Shown here: one piece after another, positions 33,990 to 41,555 of the stretch
Layout of the letters: every line of letters begins with the position of its first letter
Position numbering within the stretch: the first letter of the stretch is position 1
Assembly (NCBI GenBank): GCA_028716565.1
Contig: JAQUPL010000004.1
Location: forward strand, 4,236 to 68,235
DNA: 64,000 nucleotides
Source of the DNA: Candidatus Omnitrophota bacterium
Lineage (GTDB): Bacteria; Omnitrophota; Gorgyraeia; Pluralincolimonadales; Pluralincolimonadaceae
Direction: 5' to 3'
The notes under the pieces: generated by a model
The model's input: only the letters and a program-made list of their open reading frames with translations
Told to the model about the DNA's origin: nothing
The model's database searches: none
Position numbers and translations under genes: made by a program

Positions 33990-34496
33990 CTAACCTATAC
34001 GAAACCCTATCTTGCGCTTGGGTTTTTCTTCCTCTTTGATGAAATTCTTGATGATCTCAAATACCACTTTAAACTGGTAATCGTACTTCTTCTCCATTTC
34101 TTCGATCTTGCGCAATAGTCCTTTATGGGTTTCAAGGAGCCGGCGCATTTTGACGAAAGTGCGCATAATGGTGATATTTACCTCTATGGCTCTTTCACTG
34201 TTAAGGACGCTGGATAGCATAGCGACGCCTTGCTCTGTAAAAGCGTATGGAAGATACTTTATGTTCCTGCCTTGCTTCAAGGTCGCAATTTGCGACCTTG
34301 AAATTTCCGCCTCTTGCCAAGTAAGCTGGAACAAAAAATCTTCCGGGAACCTTGCCATATTCCTGTTTACTTGTTCTTTAAGCCTTTTAGTGGGAACACC
34401 ATAAAGCTCCGCCAAATCCTTATCCAGCATCACCTTCCTTCCCCTTATCCAGAATATCTTCTGCTCAATTAACTCCCGTGCAACTATTTCGGACAT
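33990..34496 (-). CDS. ORF6N-domain protein (KilA-N/Bro-N-like DNA-binding domain; phage/mobile-element associated family)
   Basis: 168 aa. The N-terminus (IRGRKVMLDKDLAELYGVPTKRLKEQVNRNMARFPEDFLFQL) matches the ORF6N signature. Strong SD AAAGGAGGGA. GC about 40%, well below the window average. Confidence 0.8.
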   Translation of the reverse strand: MSEIVARELIEQKIFWIRGRKVMLDKDLAELYGVPTKRLKEQVNRNMARFPEDFLFQLTWQEAEISRSQIATLKQGRNIKYLPYAFTEQGVAMLSSVLNSERAIEVNITIMRTFVKMRRLLETHKGLLRKIEEMEKKYDYQFKVVFEIIKNFIKEEEKPKRKIGFRIG

Positions 34497-34770
34497 AATA
34501 AATCCCTCCTTTTACTATAATAGACGATGAAAGAAGGGATTTTCTTTCAAAAAAATAGGGCCGTCTTCTATTTGAAAGCGACCCAAATTATATACGCCAT
34601 GAGCTATCGGCTACGAACTACCTATGGTGTCCCATTGGGGGATGGCATCGTTATTTATTAACGTTTGAACTCAGCTGCGGCGGCATTAAAACAGGATGCC
34701 AGCGCCGTCCGCTGGAGTGAAATGTTATATGGTTCTTTTACAAATTGTATTAGTTAATAATTTTGTGCAA

Positions 34771-35160
34771 CTATCTATATTGTTGATTTCTAAAATGTAA
34801 TAAAGTGAGGACATTTCTAATTAACATTAGTAGTGGCAGCGATATAATAGGAAAGCCTATAAACATAAAAAAAACGGCTAAAGGTAACCATGTTAAGCAT
34901 CTCGCCAGTTCATTTTTAATCATACCTTGAATCAAACTAATAGTTACTATAAGTAATACAGGGATAAGGATAGTTAAAATGTAAGTTTTAGTGAAAGTTT
35001 TTATGACTATATATAAAGGCAGCCCTACGATAATAGGTACAAAAGTAAAAAATATTAAGACTTTTGCTGCCTCTGCATTAAAACCCCAAATGGAGGCTAT
35101 AATAAGTACGGTAATAAAATAAATTCCTAGCGGTGGTAATATTGCTTTAAGCTGTTTCAT
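34771..35160 (-). CDS. hypothetical small integral membrane protein (4 predicted TM helices)
   Basis: 129 aa and extremely AT-rich (roughly 30% GC), against ~58% in the flanks. Starts 54 nt downstream of the ogt stop with a GGAAGGAA RBS. Confidence 0.55.
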   Translation of the reverse strand: MKQLKAILPPLGIYFITVLIIASIWGFNAEAAKVLIFFTFVPIIVGLPLYIVIKTFTKTYILTILIPVLLIVTISLIQGMIKNELARCLTWLPLAVFFMFIGFPIISLPLLMLIRNVLTLLHFRNQQYR

Positions 35161-35194
35161 CCCCAGATTATTCCTTCCATATAATATATATGAT

Positions 35195-35217
35195 TTTGGT
35201 GACAGTATACTTAATTA
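35195..35217 (+). repeat. 23-nt direct repeat copy (TTTGGTGACAGTATACTTAATTA), identical to the left arm of the hairpin after tRNA-Leu
   Basis: Exact 23/23 match to 51093-51115. Here there is no inverted partner (half hairpin). It overlaps the ogt stop codon and marks the boundary to the AT-rich insert. Confidence 0.8.
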
Positions 35218-35601
35218 CTTATTTTTAGGCAGGAGGTCGGAGCCGACGTAAAAAGAGGCGCCCTTCTTTTCCATTGACAGGAAAAGCCGCTTAAGTTCTA
35301 TGCCGTAGGCATAGCCGCCGATCTTTCCGTTCGATTCTATTACGCGGTGGCAGGGGATGAACAACGGCCAAGGGTTGCGGTGGAGCGCCTGCGCGACGGC
35401 GCGTGTGGCTTTAGGCTTGCCGATCTTTTCGGCGACCCACGCGTAGGTGCGCGTCTCGCCGGAGGGTATCTTCATGATGCACTTATAGACGCAGACCTCA
35501 AACTCCGTGCATCCGTCAAACAGCTCGGACTTTTTTACCCCGTTAGAAAAATTTTTTCTAACGGGACACGCGCCTTTGGAGCCTCTTCGTTCTTTTTTCA
35601 C
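35215..35601 (-). CDS. ogt: methylated-DNA--protein-cysteine methyltransferase (Ogt/MGMT DNA-binding domain protein)
   Basis: Active-site PCHRV and a helix-turn-helix region (YAWVAEKIGKPKATRAVAQAL). Short, C-domain only. Start is uncertain (35601 or an internal Met); the 35601 start overlaps the uvrC 3' end. Confidence 0.75.
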   Translation of the reverse strand: MKKERRGSKGACPVRKNFSNGVKKSELFDGCTEFEVCVYKCIMKIPSGETRTYAWVAEKIGKPKATRAVAQALHRNPWPLFIPCHRVIESNGKIGGYAYGIELKRLFLSMEKKGASFYVGSDLLPKNK

Positions 35602-36901
35602 CGACCAGCGCCTTTCGCCTCAAAATATGATGGTACCTTATCGCGAACCTATGCGACTCGTCGCGTATCCGCTGTATCAACTGCAGCGCCTTCGATGACG
35701 GCGGAAGCGCGACCGGTATATCCTTGTCTAAAGTATATATGTGCTCGAAGGTTTTTGCAATACCGATAATTGGGACGCCCTTTAGGCCGGCCGCCTTCAT
35801 CTCCTGCGCCGCTGCCGAGAGGTGGCCCCTTCCCCCGTCTATGATTATCAGGTCGGGCTTAGGTAATTTATCTTTCAAGGAGCCCGTATACCTGCGCCTT
35901 ACCACCTCGCGCATCATCGCGTAATCGTCCTGGCCCTCGACCTCGCGTATCTTGAACATCCTGTATTTCGATTTCTCGGGCCTGCCGCCACTGAACGTGA
36001 CCATCGAGCCGCAGGCCTCCTCTCCCTTGATATTGGATATATCGAACGCCTCTATATATTTCGGCTCCTCTTTAAGGCCGAGGACCGACCTGAGCTCGCC
36101 CAACTGGACCGCCGAATCGTGCCTCGGCCGTTTCGCTATCATCTCGCTTAACGCCTCGATCCGGTCGCGGACCTTCCCCGCCTCCTCGAACTTCTTTTCG
36201 GCGGCCAGCTGTTCCATCTTCCCGGAGAGACTCTTTACCAATTCATTTTTCTTTCCCTCAATAAAAAGGATTATCCCTTTAATATTTTCAAGATAATCTT
36301 CCTTCGATATCTTCCCCTCGGAAGGCGCCGGGCATAACCCCATATCGTGATAGATGCACGCCTTTTTTGGAACCGGCCTGCACGCCCCTCTCTTCCATGG
36401 AAGAGAGGGACACGTGCAGAACGGGAACACTTTCCGGATGGATTTTATCGCCGCGCGCAATAGCGCCGCGTCGGTGTACGGCCCGAAATAGAGAGACCCG
36501 TCGCTCTTCCTCCCGCGGGCGGTCATTACGCGGGGGAATTCCTCGGCCATGGTTATCTTTATAAGCGGGTAAGTCTTGCTGTCGCGGAGGTCGACGTTGT
36601 ATTTCGGCTGGTGTTCTTTTATGAGGTTGGATTCATAGAGCAGCGCCTCGGCTTCTGTCGCGGTCGGGACCCAATCGATGCCGCTGATATTTTTCACGAG
36701 GGCGCCTATCCTCGGGCCGTGGTCTTTCGACCTCTGGAAATACGAGCGCACCCTGTCACGTAGCGACGACGCCTTGCCGACGTATAATATTTCCCCGCTG
36801 ACGCCCTTGAATATGTAAACGCCGGGCTGGTCGGGTATATCCCTGAGAAATTCGGTGAATTTCATCAGGACCGGCGCCCTCAGCTTCTCCTTAATATCCA
36901 T
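35558..36901 (-). CDS. uvrC: excinuclease ABC subunit C-like protein (GIY-YIG + UVR + RNase H-like endonuclease domain; lacks C-terminal HhH)
   Basis: GIY-YIG N-terminus (GVYIFKG...ILYVGKA), a UVR motif (EKKFEEAGKVRDRIEALSE) and a central endonuclease domain. At 447 aa it is about 150 aa shorter than canonical UvrC. Confidence 0.7.
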   Translation of the reverse strand: MDIKEKLRAPVLMKFTEFLRDIPDQPGVYIFKGVSGEILYVGKASSLRDRVRSYFQRSKDHGPRIGALVKNISGIDWVPTATEAEALLYESNLIKEHQPKYNVDLRDSKTYPLIKITMAEEFPRVMTARGRKSDGSLYFGPYTDAALLRAAIKSIRKVFPFCTCPSLPWKRGACRPVPKKACIYHDMGLCPAPSEGKISKEDYLENIKGIILFIEGKKNELVKSLSGKMEQLAAEKKFEEAGKVRDRIEALSEMIAKRPRHDSAVQLGELRSVLGLKEEPKYIEAFDISNIKGEEACGSMVTFSGGRPEKSKYRMFKIREVEGQDDYAMMREVVRRRYTGSLKDKLPKPDLIIIDGGRGHLSAAAQEMKAAGLKGVPIIGIAKTFEHIYTLDKDIPVALPPSSKALQLIQRIRDESHRFAIRYHHILRRKALVGEKRTKRLQRRVSR

Positions 36902-38427
36902 TTCACGAATCCCTTGAACTCTTTCACGTCAAATACGAGGCAGGCAATAAAGAACGAGGCTGCCCCGGCCGGGATGATAACGGCCAATTTCGGCACCGGC
37001 CTGAGCTGCAGGTTAACGTTGAGCAGGATAAGGACGACGGCCATTATGGCGCCCGGAATAGCGGCGCGCACGAACGAGACGAATATCTCGCGGCCGCCGA
37101 GCGGGCCTATCTTCTTCCTCAGGAGAAAATACAAAGAAAAGAAATTGAAGATGCTGGCGAGCGACGTAGCGAGCGCCAGCCCGTTTACCTTCATCGGGAA
37201 CATCAATATGAAGTTGAGCGCGGCGTTCAGGAGGAAGACCATCACCGCGTTCTTTACAGGCGTCCGCGTGTCCTTAAGCGAATAGAACGCCGAGACGAGC
37301 GGCTTTACCCCGGCGTAAGCGCACAGGCCAATCGAAAAATAAAAAAGCACCGGCGCGGTTATGCTCGTCGAATAGGCGTCGAAAGAGCCCCTTTGGAAGA
37401 GCGCCCGCACTATCGGCTCTGACAACGCCATAAGCCCCACGGCCGCGGGTATGGTTATAAAAAAGACCGCCCGGAGCGAGAATGAAAGCGCCTGCTTGAA
37501 TTTTTCCATCTCGTTGCGCGCGGCGTGCTCGGAGAGCGTCGGAAGCATCGCCTGGGAGAACGCGGTGCTGAATATGGCCAGGGGCAGGAGCCAGAGCCTG
37601 TTCGCGTAATTGATGGCGGATATGGCGCCCTTCCCGACTATATCCGAAAGCGAGGCGAGCGCGGTATCCAAGAATACGTTAAGCTGGTATACGCTCGAGC
37701 CGAATACCCTGGGCAAAAGAAGCCTGCCTATTTCGTTCGAGGCCGGATGCTTGAACCTGTCAAAACGCGGCCAGCCCATGCCCATCTTCATTAAAGGAGG
37801 CAACTGGACGGCCAATTGCACTATCCCGCCCAGGAGGACGCCTATAGCCAGTCCGGTGACCGGCTCCTTCATCAGAGGGCAAATGAAAATCGCGCTCAAT
37901 ATAAAGACTAAGTTCCACAGCGGCTGGCTGAAAGATGTCGCGCCGAACAGTTTCCGGGAATTGAGCACGCCGGTCGCATACGCGGTCAGGCCTATCAGGA
38001 AGATATAGGGGAACATCATTCGCGTAAGAGTAACGGTAAGTTTGAATTTTTCGGGATTGCCGAGGAACCCCCACGCGATGGCCGAGACTATAAGCGGGGC
38101 GAAGATGATGCCGAGGAGCGTTATCACGGCCAGGACGATCACCATGACGTTGAGGATTATGCGCGCCAGCTCCCAGAATTCCTCTTTGCTCTTGTTGGCG
38201 GCATACCCGCTGAGGACCGGCACGAAAGCCGCGTTCGCGGCCCCTTCACCGACCAGGTCGCGCCAGAGGTTAGGTATCCTGAAGGCGGTGAAAAAGGCGT
38301 CCGCGTACAGCGTGGTCCCGAACATGGCGGCTATGATGATATCCCTTATGAAGCCCAGGATGCGGCTAGCGGATATCCCCAGCCCTATCACCCCCGCCGA
38401 TCTAGCCAGAGATTTATGTATTGACAT
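36880..38427 (-). CDS. murJ: lipid II flippase MurJ (MviN)
   Basis: 515 aa with 14 TM helices. N-terminal motif RILGFIRDIIIAAMFG typical of MurJ. Confidence 0.9.
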   Translation of the reverse strand: MSIHKSLARSAGVIGLGISASRILGFIRDIIIAAMFGTTLYADAFFTAFRIPNLWRDLVGEGAANAAFVPVLSGYAANKSKEEFWELARIILNVMVIVLAVITLLGIIFAPLIVSAIAWGFLGNPEKFKLTVTLTRMMFPYIFLIGLTAYATGVLNSRKLFGATSFSQPLWNLVFILSAIFICPLMKEPVTGLAIGVLLGGIVQLAVQLPPLMKMGMGWPRFDRFKHPASNEIGRLLLPRVFGSSVYQLNVFLDTALASLSDIVGKGAISAINYANRLWLLPLAIFSTAFSQAMLPTLSEHAARNEMEKFKQALSFSLRAVFFITIPAAVGLMALSEPIVRALFQRGSFDAYSTSITAPVLFYFSIGLCAYAGVKPLVSAFYSLKDTRTPVKNAVMVFLLNAALNFILMFPMKVNGLALATSLASIFNFFSLYFLLRKKIGPLGGREIFVSFVRAAIPGAIMAVVLILLNVNLQLRPVPKLAVIIPAGAASFFIACLVFDVKEFKGFVKWILRRS

Positions 38428-38449
38428 TTCCCGCCTTATATGGTATTTT
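38421..38449 (+). promoter_or_regulatory. putative sigma70 promoter of rpsT (-35 TTGACA, 17 nt, extended -10 TGgTATTTT)
   Basis: TTGACA(38421-38426)–17 nt–TATTTT(38444-38449) with an upstream TG. It overlaps the divergent murJ start codon. Confidence 0.5.
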
Positions 38450-38481
38450 TACACAATCGTAATTCGAAAGGAGAAACAGGA

Positions 38482-38745
38482 TTGCCTAATATAAAATCCG
38501 CATCTAAAGCTATACGCCAGGACAAGAAGAGACGCGCGAGGAACCAGAAGGTCGCTACCGAGATCAAGTCCTTAGCCAAGAAGTTCGTGATGGCTCTGGC
38601 CGCGAAAAAGAACGACGAAGCCAGAAAATTCGGCGCTTCCCTCGTCTCCAAACTTGACAAGGCGCGCTCCAAGGGCATGTTACACAGAAATACGGTATCT
38701 CGCAAGAGAGCCCGCATCTTAAGCAAGCTCGCCAAGCTCAGATAA
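38482..38745 (+). CDS. rpsT: 30S ribosomal protein S20
   Basis: Protein (P)NIKSASKAIRQDKKRRARNQ... is S20-like. A TTG start is preceded by AAAGGAGAAA. It is the only plus-strand gene in the first 49 kb. Confidence 0.85.
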   Translation: MPNIKSASKAIRQDKKRRARNQKVATEIKSLAKKFVMALAAKKNDEARKFGASLVSKLDKARSKGMLHRNTVSRKRARILSKLAKLR

Positions 38746-39606
38746 TCTCACCACAAGAGATTCCAGGATAACCCTTTTATCGAGGTCCCTGTTTTTGCAG
38801 TCGCGGTCCGCCTCGGCCAGGTAAGAGAGAGCCTTTTTAAGCCATTTTTTGGCCCTGTCCGGAGAGCCTTTCGACCTCGCGGCGCGCTTTACAGCGGCCG
38901 CCATCGCCCCTATGACGTTCTCCGGGCGCACCGATTCCCTTAAAAGTCCGGATAATATCGAAAGGGAGCGCGACGCCTGTCCGTCCATCATCGCCCCGGT
39001 CATGTCAAAAACCGTCTCGTCGAGCGACCTTCCTACGAGCGCCTCCACATCCTTCTTTTCGATAGCCTTGCGGTCACCTGTATAATTCGCCAGTTTATCC
39101 ACCGCCATGCGCAACTTTTGCAGGTCGCTCCCGATCTTCGAAATGATCAACTCGACGGCGTCGCGGCCCATATCTTTCTTGTAAAAGGCGGCCTTCCCGA
39201 GGATATAACGCCTGAGACTTTCCCCGCTTAAGTTCTCGAAGTCCCGGACTTCGGCTAATTTTGATAATCCGGAAAGGAAAGGGTCGCCGGCCGCATCCCT
39301 GGGCGACAGGCCGGCCGTCATTACCAGGATAGTGGTCCCGGACGGGTTCCCGGCATAACTCATCACCGAATCTTTTCCTTCCTGCGGCAGTTTATCTATG
39401 TCCCTTATCACGACGAAACGGGCGGGGCTGAGGAACGGGTTCGTATTTACGGCGTCCTGAAAAGTGTGGGGGTCAAACTGGTCCGGATAGAATATATTGT
39501 AATTGAGGTCGGGATTCCCTCCGGAGAGGGTCTTTTCTTTCAGTTCGCGGAGGGTCTCTTCCTTAAGGGCGTTCTCTGTTCCTAAAAAGAGGAAAATACC
39601 TACCAA
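38719..39606 (-). CDS. holA: DNA polymerase III subunit delta
   Basis: 295 aa delta-subunit-like. Adjacent to lptE as in the E. coli leuS-lptE-holA arrangement. Confidence 0.7.
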   Translation of the reverse strand: MVGIFLFLGTENALKEETLRELKEKTLSGGNPDLNYNIFYPDQFDPHTFQDAVNTNPFLSPARFVVIRDIDKLPQEGKDSVMSYAGNPSGTTILVMTAGLSPRDAAGDPFLSGLSKLAEVRDFENLSGESLRRYILGKAAFYKKDMGRDAVELIISKIGSDLQKLRMAVDKLANYTGDRKAIEKKDVEALVGRSLDETVFDMTGAMMDGQASRSLSILSGLLRESVRPENVIGAMAAAVKRAARSKGSPDRAKKWLKKALSYLAEADRDCKNRDLDKRVILESLVVRLSELGELA

Positions 39607-40154
39607 TCCTCGACGGTCCTTTCGACGATCCTTTTTGCCAGGTCCGCGATCGCGTTGTTAATAGCGGCGTCTTCGGATACGGAATTCGGCCCGGACTGGT
39701 TGTATTCGAAGAAACCCACAAATCCCTTTTCGCTCCAGGTTTTCTTCCCCTGGGACACGTTCTCAAGCGACATATCGACTATGATATTGGCCCTGTACTC
39801 GGCGACATTCTCGCTTTTCTGGTCGTATCTCAACGGCTGTTTGTCGAAATTGATGAGCGCGCCGCTCAAGACCAAGTCGGCATCGTCCTCTCTCGAGACG
39901 ACCTTCAGGTACCCGTCCACGAGGAACCTGTCTATTATCGCGTCGGTCACCTTCGTCTCCATCCCGGCGCGGTATAACCTGTAAGGGTTGCGGTCCGAAT
40001 ATTCCCTTTCGATGTTCAGGTCGACCTTGTTCTCAAAAGGTCTTATGAATATCCTGGTGGCTTTCTTATAGGCGGTGGTATGGGTAGCGTAACCGCATCC
40101 CGCGAGCGAGGCGGCGCAGAAGATCGCCAATAGGAATATGAGCCGCTTTTTCAT
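39600..40154 (-). CDS. lptE: LPS-assembly lipoprotein LptE-like
   Basis: Lipobox LAGC, about 180 aa, and the conserved position between holA and (distantly) leuS. Confidence 0.55.
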   Translation of the reverse strand: MKKRLIFLLAIFCAASLAGCGYATHTTAYKKATRIFIRPFENKVDLNIEREYSDRNPYRLYRAGMETKVTDAIIDRFLVDGYLKVVSREDDADLVLSGALINFDKQPLRYDQKSENVAEYRANIIVDMSLENVSQGKKTWSEKGFVGFFEYNQSGPNSVSEDAAINNAIADLAKRIVERTVEDW

Positions 40155-41107
40155 TTTTTCTGCTTCCTCTCTATTATCTTTAACCTTTCCTCTGCCTTCT
40201 TGGCCGTCTCCGTTTCAGGGAAATTAGTCACTATGTTCTTGTAGTATTCCCCGGCCGAGTCATACCATTTCTGTTTCCAGTAAAATTCCGCGATAGTGTA
40301 GTCGCTCTCCGCCTTCTTCTCGCGCAGCGACTGGTGCATCTTATCCGCTTCGCCGGTAAGCTTCGACTCAGGATGGCGTTTCGCGAAATCCTCTATCGAT
40401 CTGAGCGCCTCGTCGGTGACAGACTGGTCGTAGCTCGGTTTCAGGGACGCCTGGGAAGCGCAGAGCCCGACCTGGAAATTGGCTTCCTCGGAAAGCTTGC
40501 TCTCAGGATGTTCATCGACCAGTTTTTGGAACGCGAGCCTCGCCTGCTGGTAATCGCGCGCCTTCTTGTAGCATTCCCCTATCTTGAATAGGGACTGATC
40601 GGCGTATTTCCCGTACGGAGCGTTATCCACAACTTTCTGGTACATCTCGATAGCCTTATATACCGACGGGAACGTCGGTATGCCCCAGAGCCTGACCTTC
40701 TCCCCGGCATAGAATTTTCCGGCTATCTGATATTCGCGTTCGGTCATCTCATCCAGGCGCTTAGAGAACGGATACGTCTCGATCCCCTTCTGGTAGGCGT
40801 AGAACGCCTGCTCGTATTCCTCCAACGCCTCGTAAGCCTGCCCGGCGTAATACTGCGACTCGGCGGCGAGTTCGGCCTGCGGATAAAAACGGACGAGCCT
40901 CAGGAATTCCTCCACCGCCTTTTTGTAATCTTTCGCCTTAAAGAATTTCATCGCCCAGTCAAACTGCTCCTGGGGCGTATCCTTAACCGCCCATTTGGGA
41001 TTGATCCATGTCCCGGTCTGAGGCGTCCAGATCCAGTAGGCGTGCAGCGACGGCGCCGTCGAAAGGAACAGGGCCGCTGCAGTGACCGCAAAGATATATT
41101 TTCTCAT
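40151..41107 (-). CDS. bamD: TPR-repeat secreted protein, BamD/YfiO-like outer membrane assembly factor
   Basis: Signal peptide, multiple TPR-like repeats and a BamD-like C-terminus (YTIAEFYWKQKWYDSAGEYY). There is no lipobox Cys. Confidence 0.5.
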   Translation of the reverse strand: MRKYIFAVTAAALFLSTAPSLHAYWIWTPQTGTWINPKWAVKDTPQEQFDWAMKFFKAKDYKKAVEEFLRLVRFYPQAELAAESQYYAGQAYEALEEYEQAFYAYQKGIETYPFSKRLDEMTEREYQIAGKFYAGEKVRLWGIPTFPSVYKAIEMYQKVVDNAPYGKYADQSLFKIGECYKKARDYQQARLAFQKLVDEHPESKLSEEANFQVGLCASQASLKPSYDQSVTDEALRSIEDFAKRHPESKLTGEADKMHQSLREKKAESDYTIAEFYWKQKWYDSAGEYYKNIVTNFPETETAKKAEERLKIIERKQKK

Positions 41108-41145
41108 CGTTTATCTCGTGTTTTACCTTCGGTATAAAGACGGGC

Positions 41146-41508
41146 CTATGTCCTGGGGACCGACTTTTCTATGAAGTCGGCTACGCCCCTTCTGTCTTCT
41201 TCCGACATCTCCATGAACTGGGCTCCGACTTCATATTGTTCGCCATACGGCCTCTTGCGCACCCAGGTGATCTTCGAGACCGCCCTGACCGGCTTAGGCG
41301 CGGAAGGAACAGATATCTCCAGGACAAGGCGCGTAAATACCGAGATGAATTCGTTCACCAAAAGGCGGGCGCCGCCGCTGGAAATATCCCTCGATATGGC
41401 GTTTACAACAGAGTTATTTGCCTGCCTTATCCCTCTGTACTGCACAGACATAGTCATATTGACTCTCTGCTGCTGCCTTCTCTCAGGGAAATCATCATTC
41501 CAATACAT
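41146..41508 (-). CDS. PilZ domain protein (c-di-GMP binding)
   Basis: RQQQR ... DISSGG motifs (RxxxR / DxSxGG). Length 120 aa. Confidence 0.7.
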   Translation of the reverse strand: MYWNDDFPERRQQQRVNMTMSVQYRGIRQANNSVVNAISRDISSGGARLLVNEFISVFTRLVLEISVPSAPKPVRAVSKITWVRKRPYGEQYEVGAQFMEMSEEDRRGVADFIEKSVPRT

Positions 41509-41555
41509 CTATTCCCCCTTCGTAGAATCAATTTTATACTTCAAAGTGCTATTTG

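Noticed and set aside
34497-34770. 274-bp non-coding gap upstream of the ORF6N gene as a possible ncRNA
   Set aside because: It contains only a short 7-bp inverted repeat (GAAAGAA…TTCTTTC) and promoter-like AT-rich sequence. No convincing structured-RNA features. Treated as a promoter/5' UTR region of the inserted genes.
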